From contig OZ024755.1 in the NCBI GenBank assembly GCA_964016885.1, positions 7,688,001 through 7,752,000 on the forward strand: DNA of 64,000 nt. The letters are read 5' to 3'. Numbering within the stretch: position 1 is the first letter of the stretch; the number at the start of each line of letters is the position of its first letter. The stretch comes from Eledone cirrhosa. Lineage: Eukaryota. Made by a program: the position numbers and the translations under genes. Below the pieces are notes generated by a model. That model did not search any database and had not been told where the DNA came from. It saw nothing but the letters and a program-made list of their open reading frames with translations. Shown here piece by piece: positions 41,467 through 55,377 of the stretch.

Positions 41467-41661
41467 TAACGAAGGAAAAGTGGTAAGGCACCAGGTGGAC
41501 CATAACGCACCAAAGTACTCAATACTTAGGGTAGTAGAGTGGGTAATAGGAACGAGTAGGACCCCGACGGCTGAGCTCAAGCCATTTCGACGGCTAATTC
41601 AGTCCAGAATTAGCCGTCGAAACGGCTTGAGCTCAGCCGTCGGGGTCCTACTCGTTCCTAT
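41467..41661 (-). mobile_element. Family B copy (inverted partner) with a fold-back
   Basis: It is the reverse complement of 40780-40981 and contains its own palindrome at 41546-41661. Confidence 0.9.
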
Positions 41662-41669
41662 ATATATAG

Positions 41670-41985
41670 AAACAAGATGGCGTAGGACAGAACAAAGGAG
41701 AGGCACAAAAAACAAAGAAAATAACCCTCAGTCACTGAAGAGGTTACAGAATGTGTGACGAAAGAACTTTGACAATATATAAACAATCATCTGGTTGTGG
41801 AACCAACCAACCAACCGGAAATTTATAAATTCCTAAATTTATAAATTTATTATAATCAATTAAAGTGAAACCATCTGGTGCGTGTGTTTCTTATTGGCAA
41901 CATGACCCTCCCAAAGTATAACAATATCGGTTTCAACACACGTTTTCAGATAAAGAATCTTGCTAAACAAATTCAGAAACGAAAT
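41670..41985 (+). mobile_element. Family D copy (hammerhead-bearing)
   Basis: It is the reverse complement of 10238-10554, with (TA)n flanks. Confidence 0.8.
41731..41773 (+). ncRNA. Minimal type-I hammerhead motif (family D)
   Basis: The sequence reads guca CUGAAGA g guuaca gaaug ugugac GAAAG aa CUU^ugac, with a 4-bp stem I, 6-bp stem II and 2-bp stem III. Confidence 0.55.
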
Positions 41986-42097
41986 ATATATATATATATA
42001 TATATGTATGCATACATATATATATATATGTATATATAAATATATATATATATTTATATATATATACATCTGTTATTTTAATATATATATATATAAG

Positions 42098-42128
<31 letters not shown>

Positions 42129-42361
42129 GGGGGAGTACGATTTAGACTTTTATGTTTAACTGAAACTTAAAAAATACATATATAAAGTAAATATTAGAGA
42201 AAATAGGAGCTAGTCCCATCCTCGGGAATCGAAGCATGCCCCTACTGACATTCACCTCATTTGGTTCCATGTGATGGGCTTTATATCTATATCATAATAT
42301 ACTTTTCCTTCTGGTAGATCTTCGGACATCAATCTTTAAGGCACAGAGTTACTAACCATTG

Positions 42362-42519
42362 CATTCTGACCTCAAATTTCCTATCTGGATTAGCTTTGCC
42401 ATTCATCCTTACGGGGGCGATACAATAAAGCACCAGTAATGCACTGGCTTCGATTTAATCGGCTCTCCCAACCCCAAATATCGTTGGTCTTGTGCCTAAA
42501 TAAGAAACCATTATTATTA
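42362..42519 (+). mobile_element. SINE-A, long 3' variant, diverged
   Basis: It has core ctttgccattcatccttacggggg, the tcgatttaatcg segment and an (ATT)n tail. Confidence 0.75.
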
Positions 42520-42541
42520 GATTTTGTTGCTGTAACATTTC

Positions 42542-42584
<43 letters not shown>

Positions 42585-42899
42585 TGTTGTAGAATATATT
42601 TGCTGTGAAACAGTATTGGTAACACTTATTCTTGTTGTTTTTGTACATCATAGTAATGTATTAGGTGTTGTGTTTTGTGGGTTGCTAGGAATAATAGTGG
42701 TGGTGGCGGTAGTGGCGGTAGTGGTGGTGGCGATTGTGGTGGTAGCGGTTGTGGTGACGTCAGTAATGGCGGTTGTATTTGCCTGTATTTATTTCACCAT
42801 TTTTCCACTTCGCTATCGTGTATTCTATATAACCTTCTATTTATCTACTTTTCATTTTTTTATTCTTTATTTGATTCATCTGTCTTCCGTCTTTTTTCT

Positions 42900-42939
<40 letters not shown>

Positions 42940-43695
42940 CGTCTTGTCACAATTGAATAGTGTATTTCGTACAATGCAGTTGATGTGGTAAGAATCAAAA
43001 ACAAACACCGCCGAAAAATGGTGAGAAGCAGCCATTAAACTATACCCAGCAATAACAACAATAACAACTGTAAAACCAACAACAAATGCAAGCAAAAATA
43101 ACAAGAAAACAAATTTCACAAACAAACAATAATTACAGCAATTCAGATAATACGAAATAAAATAAAATCTAATAGAAAAAAATGGCAGCGACTGAGTGGT
43201 AAGTATAGCAATTAGATTTAAGAAAGTAGGGAGTTCAGGGCCTTGTTCTTAAAACTGAACACCCCAGAGGTCGCAAGAAGACTTCATCATCGTCACAGCT
43301 GTCGTGGCAGACGTTAGAGCAAAGTGGGGAGGAAGGTACTGGCCATTAATGCATTTCGTTATTAATACAGTTTGTCGTTTGTTCCATTCGATGTTTTAAG
43401 ATTCCTTTATGCTCTTGCGATCTCTCCACTACGATCGCTTAGATATCTTTATCAAAGATATTTTCTATCGCTCTTTTAGCCCTACTTCAAATTCGTCACC
43501 ACCACCACATCCAACAATAAAAAATATATCAACAAGAACAAAAACGAAATATATAGTCCCCCGCCGCCACTTTCAACACCACAACAAAAACATTCAGATA
43601 AAGACCACCAAAAACAAGAATAAAAATGTATATATAACCCCCCACACCATGTCATCATATGTATGTATGTGTATATAAATGTGTATGTATGTGTA

Positions 43696-43730
<35 letters not shown>

Positions 43731-44289
43731 CCTCCACCATTTCATCATCACTACCACCACAACGAATAACACACATATATATATATATCTCCCACCATCT
43801 CAATTCGCAGCTTCAACTTCAATCGTTCCCACTCCGACCATCTCCCTAATCAAAATAAACATTTACTATCGACTCTATTTTAACTATATAACATTAGAAG
43901 CGATATCACTTATCTATCTGGGGACATAAAAAATAGACACAAACATATTAATCTTTTTTCTTCTTCTTAGGATTATTTCTCATTCAATCTATGTTGATGG
44001 TTTTGTTGTTGTTTTCTTTAACAAGACATTCAATTTTTTTTCTCTCTGTTTCTGTGTATGCGTCGGTTTCTGCAGACACGTGTGCATGTGTCTCAGCAAG
44101 TATGTATATATGTGTGGATGGTGAATGAAGAAGTGTTTCAAACACAGTGAGAATTTGAATGAAGAGACACTTTAAATCATTATAGATCCCAATATAAGGA
44201 CATTGCAAAAACTATCGAGATGAGCACAAACTTCGACACAGAACAAAACTTTATATTTCCAACCCACCCGTCCCCTCAATCTATCAATC

Positions 44290-44428
44290 TATTCTATTTC
44301 TCATTCTTTCTTCTGATGAAGGACCAGCGTCCGAAACATTAAGACCCTCTTCCTCCTGCTATTTCAAGCGTTAACCTAATATATTCCTTCCATATACTGT
44401 ACCGATTGTATTGTTATTTCTGTTTACC

Positions 44429-44433
<5 letters not shown>
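44290..44433 (+). mobile_element. Family F copy
   Basis: It aligns with the reverse complement of 14902-15044 and ends in (CA)n(TA)n. Confidence 0.8.
44309..44344 (+). ncRNA. Minimal type-I hammerhead motif (family F)
   Basis: The sequence reads ucuu CUGAUGA a ggac cagc gucc GAAAC AUU^aaga. Stems I and II are perfect 4 bp, and stem III has G>A relative to the sister copy. Confidence 0.6.
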
Positions 44434-44507
<74 letters not shown>

Positions 44508-45365
44508 AATATACGCATATGTATATATGCTTGTGTATTATGCGATTCCCAGCGTTGCCTTTTCTAACTAGGGCTTGGTTCGCGTCATTTATATATAATT
44601 TTAAAGTTGCGACTAATGAAAGATAGAAAGTCTTTAGTCGTATCAACTAAGTTATAATGTGGATTAATCCAAATTTCTACAATTTGTGAATGTCCTCTCA
44701 TCCAGGATGGATGAGCAGTTCTTCGTGTAGACAATCTTTTCATTAATGACACACCAAACTATTGGTGCAGCTCTATCAAGTATTTACCTAACAGATGATT
44801 GAAATTCTTATACTTATGCCTGTTGCTAGCTTCTAAATTATGGGTGACGATGGCGAGCTAATTACTTATGTTTATATAAGTATTGTTTCCTCGTTAAACT
44901 TCATATATGGAAAGTATATACTCGACATAAAATCCAAGTGTAAATCTTGGAAATTATATTGGAGGAAGTAGTTATATTTGTGGTAAATATTGCTAATAGG
45001 TTTATGTGGTCTAATAGTGGGGTAGATTTATAGAGAAGAGAAGAAAAACATTTTGGAATAAATAGAAGGAGAATGAGATAGTAGGTAGTGATAGAGTCAG
45101 GCAGACGAAGGGGGCTGTGAGAGGAGAGAGGCGAAAGGCTAAGAGAAGGACAAAGAATATAGGAGAGGGTGAGAGAGAGAGAGAGTATGGTATAGTGAGA
45201 GAAGGAATTCTCATTAAAAAAAGATAGTGTAGAAGAGGTGAGTGAGTGACAAAGAGAGACAGGAAAAAACTAAGTAAAAGAGAGGGAACGGAAGAGAGAG
45301 GGGGATAGAGAGAGAATTAAAAAGAAAATTCAAAAGAGAGCGAAAGAGTATGAGACATGAGCTGA

Positions 45366-45406
<41 letters not shown>

Positions 45407-45493
45407 TGTGTCTATTGTATGTAAAGGAGAGAAAGAAAATGTGTGCGCGTGCTCATGCCATTGTCTGTGTGTATGTGTGGCTGTATGAATGTG

Positions 45494-45526
<33 letters not shown>

Positions 45527-45674
45527 GTGTGTGTGTGTGTATGTGTGTATGTATGTGTGTCTTAGTATGTAAGTGTGAGAGAAATAGTACGTTTGCGTGT
45601 CATATTTATGCGCTTGTCTGTGTGGGCGTATTTATATATCAGAGCGCGTGTGTTCCCTTAATTGTGTATCAGTA

Positions 45675-45705
<31 letters not shown>

Positions 45706-46105
45706 GTGTGTGTGCGTGAGTTGGTGTGTGTATGTGTGTGAATGAATGTGGATGTGTGTGTATGTTGAAGATTCGCTAAAACTTTCAACCGTCTTTAAGT
45801 CCAATGCCGAACGACAACAAGACGAACTTAGTCGCTATCAGTTTTGCCATCACGGTGGAATAGTTGATCTTAGGGGGTCGGGTGCAGTCGCCCCACATTT
45901 ATAACAACAGTAGAAGCATCTCAGTTGACAAGTTTTCAATTAGTAAACTGTCAGTTGGGAATATGACTTCGAGAAGCCTCACTGTTTCTCAAACAACTTC
46001 ACACAGTAACTCTCTAAATATCTTCATCAACATCAATACCACCAAGAGCATTATCACCAGCATCATAACAACATTAATAGTATAACGTGTGGGCGCACAC
46101 ACACT

Positions 46106-46167
<62 letters not shown>

Positions 46168-46243
46168 TCAATACATGTGTGTGTATGTAGAGAGAGAGAG
46201 AAGAGATTGTGGGGAACTTCAGTTTGTGTGTGTGTGTATATAT

Positions 46244-46300
<57 letters not shown>

Positions 46301-46652
46301 CATACATATACACACATATACATACACATATATATATATACACACACAGATATACACACACATACATACATATAAATACATACATCTATATAAATATATA
46401 TACGCTATTATGAATAATCTTATGTAATGAATAGTATTATATAATGAATAATTTTATGTATATAAGCAGTCTATTACCATATAAGGTAGCTGGGTTGTGT
46501 GTTATATTCTATAGATAGATATGTAGATATATAGATCGGTGTACATGTATTGAATTCTTTCACACACACACACACAAACACACACATATATTTGAGTGTT
46601 TGTGTGTGTGTGCGCGATTGAATCATGTAAATGCAAAATGAACTGCAATACC

Positions 46653-46830
46653 TTGCAGAGTCGGTAGGGCATCGGACAACATGCTTTGTGACATAGGGTT
46701 ACGCCCCTTTACGATCTGAGTTCAAATCCTACCGAGGTTAGCTTTGATTTTCATACTTAAAGGGGTGGATAAAATAAAGTACCAGTAATACACTGGAGTC
46801 AATTTAATCGATTTTCCCCTACCCCAATAT
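46653..46830 (+). mobile_element. SINE-A, long variant, diverged
   Basis: The A and B boxes and the core are present; the 3' end is lost. Confidence 0.8.
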
Positions 46831-47859
46831 GTCCTTTCTTCTAAGGATGTCCGAAAGACTTGGCTGTTATTTCTGAATGGTTGAGTGACAAAAGAGATTA
46901 TTATCTTTAAGAGGTGCCTGTGGCAAAGTGAATTTAGGAGATACTTTCATCATAAATATTTCTCAGCTAGACATGTATGTGTTGAAAACATTGTAGACAT
47001 GATTAAAAATAAAATTTGGTATATTATATCGCTTAATTAGGCTCTGTGGGAGATCAAATAAACCATATTATCAATAGTGTTATCATTAATTATTCTGGTT
47101 ATTCTTTGCAAGAGAGAGAATATCTGACGGCATATTTCCTCATCATAGGAAATGATTATCGATATAAAGCAATATTCTATTTCTATATTTATATTTAATC
47201 AGTTAATTTAATTTTAATTTCCTCTCTAACTATTCTGTTTTAAAGTTTTCTCCTTCTTCTCAGTATATGGTATAAAAGTTTAAATAAATTAAAAATATAT
47301 ATATATATCCGAAAGTGTTTGTGAAAGCATTCAGGAGTGAATAAAAACACATCTAAGAGTCATTGGAAGAGCAGTGCTAGAAAGGACTTCAATATTGACG
47401 AGGAAGGCGAAATATTTAGTACAAGAAAAGTAAATATGTGTGGAAAATGCTGAAACAAATTTTAATTTTGACTAGAAATTATGTTTTCCTTGGTACAAAA
47501 GAATGTTTTCGGCCACGTTACTCACATTTCTTACAGACTGACTGCCTTTTTCACGAGTGCCAGAGATTTGTTCATCTCTGCCAGATCTCTGCGTGGGAAG
47601 ATGTGACATTTCCCAAGTGTCTTTTATGTTCTGTTTCTGTGACTACTCTTTCAGGAATGCTACATCGGTGGTCATCACCACACGTTATAAAGAAACTTCA
47701 TTTCTTTATTTGATTTCGGAGTAACTTTATTTGATTTTGGAGTAAGATGGCTGGATAATATCTATGATCTTGGTTGATCTCGCTTGGGGACCAGCCGGAT
47801 CAGTTGGAGACCCGTTGGAAGGAGGAGTGTTTGAGGACTTTGTCCACAGTGCTGGCTGG

Positions 47860-47970
47860 ACTAGTATTTATTTATCCATACTCAAATGATTGTCAGAGCA
47901 GAATTTGAACTCAGAGTATCGAAAAAAAGGAATAAATACTGAAATCGTTCTGTCCGATACATCTGCCAAT
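47860..47970 (-). mobile_element. Degraded SINE-A
   Basis: The minus strand reads ttggcagatgtatcggac...ctgagttcaaattctgc...ataaataaatactagt. Confidence 0.55.
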
Positions 47971-48041
47971 ACACACATATATATATATATATATACATAC
48001 ATAGATACATACAAGTGTTAACACACACGTTTGTGTGAGAT

Positions 48042-48102
<61 letters not shown>

Positions 48103-48554
48103 TGTGAGTGTGTGTGTGTGAGTGTGTGTATGTGTGTTACAGTTGTTGCTGTCGATGCTATATCTTGCTATCAAGTGTTTTGTTAGTTTTGTAAACCACA
48201 AAAGACGAGGGTGAAAACAGAACGCAAGATAAAGATAAGAAATCTAGTGAATAGATTTGCTTTATTTGTATGATACTCTTACATCGATAGGTTTCCTAGT
48301 TCTTTAGCAAAGATAAGGAATAATATTAATCTGTTAGCTTCACCTGAACTTTGACACAACATATTCATTAATTCGAAATGTAAGAAAATAGGAAGCGGAA
48401 GAAACTGACACGATGAAAACTTTTCATGTAAAACAGAAAAAATAGCGGAAAAAAAGCCAAGAAAATGGCCAAAAATGATTCGAACTCGTGTTTAAACATT
48501 GATTATATATACACGTCAAAAGATACGGGTTTGATGCATGTGTATGCACCTCTA

Positions 48555-48621
<67 letters not shown>

Positions 48622-48833
48622 TATATATATGTATATATATATATGTGTATATATATATATGGATATACTGACAGATATATATGTATATATATTGTCAGAG
48701 ATATATGTGAGATACAGACATAAACAGATAGAGATACATATGTGTATTTGTATATGTACGTGTGTAAGTGTCTATGAATAACCATAAAGGAAATAATAAA
48801 CGGTTACGTATTTAGTTTCACCTACCTCTGTGT

Positions 48834-48895
48834 TGAGTTCAAATACCGCTTGCTTTGAATTTTACTTTAATTCCCATCAGAGGTCGGTAAAATAG
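48834..48895 (+). mobile_element. Degraded SINE-A fragment
   Basis: tgagttcaaataccgc...ggtcggtaaaata matches the B box and core. Confidence 0.45.
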
Positions 48896-49227
48896 ATAAT
48901 ATTTCTGTAATAAAACCCAGGTAAATATTACCTTGTTAGAAAGCATGAATATCTTCATATGTAATTACTTAGCAGATATGTAAGGAGTCGATCGTCAGCA
49001 GATAGTATGATCAATAGCAATATCAATAGAAACATTGTTTCATTGGTTCGATCTATCAAATCAAAAACAACAAAAATTTCATGGTATCGTTCGGTAACTT
49101 GAGCTTGTTTAAGGATTATGTTAAGTCATTTCTTACCATATTTCTAATAAAAAACAATGGCAATGATTTTCAAATAATTTTGGAAACACATCACGCATTC
49201 AAAGGGGTTTAATATTATAAGTAACAA

Positions 49228-49437
49228 GTGGCAGTGTCGGTAGAGAGTCGAACGCCATGCTTTGCAGCAAAGAGTTACGGCCCTTTATGATCTGAGTTCA
49301 AATCCCGCCGAGGTTAACTTTGCCTTTCATCCTTACGGGGTCGATAAAATAAAGTACCAGTCACGCACTGGGGTCGATTTAATCGACTTTACCCTCCCCC
49401 AAAATTGCTGGCCTTGTGCCTATATAAGAAACCATTA
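49228..49437 (+). mobile_element. SINE-A, long 3' variant, well preserved
   Basis: It has a complete head and core plus the ggggtcgatttaatcgactttaccctcccccaaaattgctggcc segment. Confidence 0.9.
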
Positions 49438-49995
49438 CTGATCTGGATATTTGATAAAAGTACGATGGAAAGGTTTGAGGTAAATATATACATCGTAAAA
49501 CAACAACTTTTTGTCTCATAGACCTAAATGGGGTTTCAGGCGGGATTGTATCAAAAGTGCAAAGAATGTATGGTGATTATAGGAATGTTTTTGTTAGGTA
49601 TTTAAATGGTACTCTGTATTGTTATTGGAATCTTGTCTAAAAGGTCTTTCATGGCGTAATTGGTCGTGGATTGTGTTAAGTAGGATGTTTTGTTTTGTAG
49701 TTAAATGTAGAGGATGTTCTTGCTTTCAATATTTTAGAGGATTTGGAACATACCATGTCTTGTTCACGTGTGGGTTTCTTACAATTTTGTGTCACGTATA
49801 CACCTGTTCAAACCTACACATATCCACACATATATAAATATCTTTTCACATATTCAAATACACATGCATATTATATATACATACATTCGTAAATGCACAC
49901 ACACACATATATATATGTGGACAAATGAAATAAATTCATAAACACACAGAGCACACACAGCTGTATATATATATATATATATATATATAAAGATT

Positions 49996-50036
49996 CAGGA
50001 TCCCGACGGCTGAGCTCCGGCCGTTTCCACAGCTAG
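49996..50036 (-). mobile_element. Family B fragment
   Basis: aggatcccgacggctgagctccggccgtttccacagcta matches 40792-40830. Confidence 0.65.
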
Positions 50037-50073
50037 ATCGAAACTTAAATGGTACTCTTTATATATATATATA

Positions 50074-50157
<84 letters not shown>

Positions 50158-50394
50158 AACCTATATATTCAGCTAAACATGCAGGAATAATGTCATACGT
50201 TTGAGTGATTTAATGAGATTTAAGGCTCACTGTGTTATTGAATATATAAAATAAAACATTTTCTTCCCATACGTATAATACCTTTTAACAAACTGTATTT
50301 TCATTGTGTACAAGACTTGTATTGTCAGTTAATGGCTGATTTATTGTAGCAGTTGTTTAATTACTGGAATTATAATTTATGGTATTTAGAATAC

Positions 50395-50517
50395 TGGATT
50401 AGTAGAGTCGTTAGCTTGTTGGACAAATACTTAGCGGTATTTATGTCGGCTCTTTACGTTCTAAGTTCTAATCTCGCCGTGGTAAGTTTTGGCTTTCACC
50501 TTTGAGATGGGTTCGAC
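50395..50517 (+). mobile_element. Degraded SINE-A
   Basis: The sequence tggattagtagagtcgttag...ctaagttctaatctcgccgtgg...ggctttcacctt follows the SINE-A layout. Confidence 0.55.
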
Positions 50518-50615
50518 CCTTATTGAAAGATAGAAGAGGGTCATGGGGACACTTATGGAGTGTACACGTGGTTGGTATGATGATAGAGTAATCAATCTTA
50601 ATTATGTACATGTTA

Positions 50616-50803
50616 TAATTGTTTCTACTTTTGGCACAGGGCTAGCAATAACCCAGTGCATTACTGGTACTTTATTTTATCGACCCCCGTAAGGATGAAA
50701 GGCAAAGTTAACCTCGGCGGGATTTGAACTCAGACCATAAAGGGCTGTAACTCTTTGCTGCAAAGCATGGCGTCCGACCCTCTACCGATACTGTCAATCC
50801 ACC
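50616..50803 (-). mobile_element. SINE-A full-length copy
   Basis: It is the reverse complement of the neighbouring copy, with a few diagnostic differences. Confidence 0.9.
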
Positions 50804-50864
50804 ATTTTATGATAATGAAAGTATGGTAGCCGTAGAATTCCTGATATTAATTTAAATCGATGAA

Positions 50865-51053
50865 GGGCGGTGGATTGGCAGTATCGGTAGAGAGTCGGAC
50901 GCCATGCTTTCCAGCATAGTTACGTCCCTTTGCGGTCTGAGTTCAAATCCCGCCGAGGTTAACTTTGCCTTTCATCCTTACGGGGTCGATAAAATAAAGT
51001 ACCAGTAATGTACTGGGTAATTGCTGGCCTTGTGCCAAAAGTAGAAACAATTA
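50865..51053 (+). mobile_element. SINE-A full-length copy with a 19-bp TSD
   Basis: attaatttaaatcgatgaa occurs at 50846-50864 and 51050-51068. Confidence 0.92.
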
Positions 51054-51303
51054 ATTTAAATCGATGAATCAAATAATTTCTGAACATTAAAAGACTTGCG
51101 TTTGACCTACCACGAGACTTGAACACATTGTTGGGATTTCATTATCGAATACTCTTTTATAAAACAGCACTATTGTTTGTATGTGTATATACACTTGTAT
51201 ATATAAATGTGCACGTATACACACATATTTGTATATATATATATATATATACATGTATGTGTATATATATATATATATGTGCACGCACACACACTCGTAT
51301 ATG

Positions 51304-51344
<41 letters not shown>

Positions 51345-51374
51345 GAATATATATATGTACACGTACACTCACTC

Positions 51375-51434
<60 letters not shown>

Positions 51435-51854
51435 ATATATGTGAGTATGTATGCATATATAATATTATGTGACTAGTAATAACATAAAAATGATCAAAAT
51501 TAGATATGATAACATTAAAAATAACTATTGTTTCTAAATATATCATAGGAAATGAAACTATCATGAATAGTTTTATAATATAATTTGTATAATTGATTCC
51601 GTCATTAAATTTTTATTCGTAAGAATGCTGGTTTGGTAGAGATAAATTATAATGAATATTAGAAATCAGTATTCTATTGATTACTACAGTGTGAGTGTAA
51701 TCAATAGCAAGAGGTAATATCTTGATACTTCGCCACTTCAAAGAAGGTTTCAATCTCCTCATGATATAATTAAATTACACACACTCTATATATTTCTATC
51801 CCAGCAGATCTTTCCTACCTTCTCTCTCTCCACTCCTTTCACTTTCTCCCTCAA

Positions 51855-51886
<32 letters not shown>

Positions 51887-51888
<2 letters not shown>

Positions 51889-51914
51889 GATGAAGGACAA
51901 AAGCCCGAACCGTT
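51887..51914 (+). ncRNA. Degenerate hammerhead motif (family F-like)
   Basis: The sequence reads CUGAUGA a ggac aaaa gccc GAACC GUU. The core GAAA is mutated and stem I is not supported. Confidence 0.35.
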
Positions 51915-51939
51915 ATACTTTCTCACTTATGGGGGTTGT

Positions 51940-52410
51940 TGGGTGGGAAAGTCATTAAAGCGTCTGTCAAATACATAGGAGTATATTTCCAGTTCAATAC
52001 ATTCTGAGTTCAAATCCCGGCGAGGTTAACTTTGCTTTTCATCCTTACGGGGTCGATAAAATAAAGTACCAGTAATGTACTGGAGTAATTACTGGCCCTG
52101 TGCCCAAAGTAGAAACATTATTATTATTATTAAGATTCTGAGTTCAAATTCCGTCGAGGTTAGGTCTGCCTTTCATCCTTACGGGGGTCGATAAAATAAG
52201 GTACCAGTAATGCACTGGGTTATTGCTGGCCCTGTGCCAAAAGTAGAAACAATTATTATGATTCTGAGTTCAAATCCCGCCGAGGTTAGTGTTGCCTTTC
52301 ATCCTGACAGGTCGATAAATAAATTTAAAATACCAGTCACGTCGATTTATTCGACTTTTCCCTTCCCTCAACATTGCTGTCCTTGTGCTAAAATCCGAAA
52401 CGATTATTAT
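51940..52410 (+). mobile_element. Nested SINE-A cluster: one old head plus three bodies
   Basis: Bodies begin with attctgagttcaaat at 52001, 52135 and 52261. Confidence 0.85.
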
Positions 52411-52735
52411 TGCTGTTGTTTATGTTATAATTGTTGTTACTTTCTCTATTTGATGTCTTTGTTATTGTTGTCATTTTATTGTTGCCGTATTTTTATGTTC
52501 TTCTTGATATCAGTCGATAGATTTTGGTTTTTTCCCTCCTTTTTGTGAATGTGATTATTTATTTATATTTTACACAGCCCCCACCCTCCCCTTTTTTGGT
52601 CTATAGTTATTACTGTAATGTTTTCTTGTTGTTTGTTTTTCAGTTGTTTATTTTCCGTTTGTTTGCAGCTTTATCTTATTTGTAATGTATTTTATCTCAT
52701 ACCAATTGAAATATGGATACATGTGAGCTTGTATG

Positions 52736-52798
<63 letters not shown>

Positions 52799-52875
52799 GC
52801 ATTTGTGCAACTATGAAATATAAAAACATATTTGTGTATATATAAACTTACATATATGCATATATATGTATATAC

Positions 52876-52907
<32 letters not shown>

Positions 52908-52976
52908 CATTATATATATATATACATTATATATATATACATTATATATATATATATATACATATATACATATATC

Positions 52977-53080
<104 letters not shown>

Positions 53081-53340
53081 CATAGATATATATAGGCCTG
53101 GCTTCTAAACTTTGCAGACAGTACTGTTTCAGTTTGAATAAAAGACAGAGGAATAATTTCTACTTTGGCTTCCATTAAAGTTGGAACACAAGCTTCAAAG
53201 GTCAGCGGCAAAAATATTGGCTTCAGTTTGTTCCTTCATCTAAGTGAATCATAAATCTCAAACTATCTATAATTGAAATAATTCTATAGCGTCAAACGGA
53301 AGGCGAAAAAAATCCCAAAACACGTACACAACAATCGCGT

Positions 53341-53394
<54 letters not shown>

Positions 53395-53734
53395 GTATGT
53401 TCGGGGGTGTATACAAAAACTCGAACACATTTACGAGCATTCACACACAAGAGCATCCTTACAAGCATATATATGTGTATCTGTGTGTATGTGAATACAC
53501 ACACTAATATAAATATATGTATATATATATATATACATACACACACACACACGGGTATATATATATATACATATATATATACGTGCGTGTGTATATATGT
53601 GGAATAGTGATACATACATGCATTCATATTATACGTAGAAAAACGAGTATAATTAGAAAGATATATCTTCACATGTACATATGTGACTACTTGTGCATAT
53701 GTGTTTGTGTTTACGACTGTATCACTGAAAGATT

Positions 53735-54467
53735 TATATATATACATATACACATATATATACATATACACATATATGTACATATACACATATATATACT
53801 TATACACATATATATACTTACATATATACATATATATACATATACACATATATATACATATACACATATATATACATATACACATATATATACTTATACA
53901 CATATATATACTTACATATATACATATATATACATATACACATATATATACTTATACACATATATATACTTATACACATATATATATACATATACACATA
54001 TATATACTTAAACACATATATATACTTACACACATATATATACTTACATATATACATATATATACTTAAACACATATATATACTTACATATATACATATA
54101 CATATATATACATATATATACTTATATACACATATATACATATATTTACATATATATACTTATATACATATATATATATCTATATACATACACACATATA
54201 TATGTATAGATATACATACACACATATATATGTATAGATATATACATACATATATATACATATATACACATACATACATATATATATACACATACATACA
54301 TATATATATACACATACATACATATATATATACACATACATACATATATATACACATACATACATATGTATACACATACATACATATGTATACACAGACA
54401 TACATATATATACACAGACATACATATATATACACAGACATACATATATATATACATATATATAAAT

Positions 54468-54498
<31 letters not shown>

Positions 54499-54515
54499 AA
54501 TATATATATATATAC

Positions 54516-54548
<33 letters not shown>

Positions 54549-54565
54549 CATACATATATATATAC

Positions 54566-54596
<31 letters not shown>

Positions 54597-54800
54597 CATA
54601 CATATATATATTCATACATACATACAAATATATATATACATACATATATATATATATACATACATATATATATATACATATATATATACATACATATATA
54701 TATTCATACATACATACAAATATATATATACATATATATATATATATTCATACATATATATATTCATACATACATATATATATTCATACATGTATATATT

Positions 54801-54840
<40 letters not shown>

Positions 54841-54879
54841 CATATATATATTCATACATATATATATACATACATATAT

Positions 54880-54923
<44 letters not shown>

Positions 54924-54962
54924 GAGTGTGTATATGCATGTGTGCAGATACACGTATGTATA

Positions 54963-55030
<68 letters not shown>

Positions 55031-55345
55031 CTTCAGACGTAGCCCGACGGAGCTTTAGACAGTGTTATATGTATGTATAAAAAATACATATGGAAAGATG
55101 TGGATTCGTATTCAAAAGGAGAAGCCGATACAAACGTATATATATTTTTTTTGTGTGATGTAAAGATACCAAATTACACTTTGGTGTACACCCACAATAT
55201 AGACACATGCATAAATAATATGTGATTTATAAACATGGAAACTACATATGTATACAGAGATATAGAGATGTAATTCAATATGTGCGAATATATATGTATA
55301 TATATATATATGCATTTACATACATATATATATTTATATATGCAT

Positions 55346-55377
<32 letters not shown>

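Noticed and set aside
44620-45000. Possible decayed GIY-YIG coding remnant on the minus strand
   Set aside because: The resemblance is vague and interrupted by stops, so it cannot be supported by eye.
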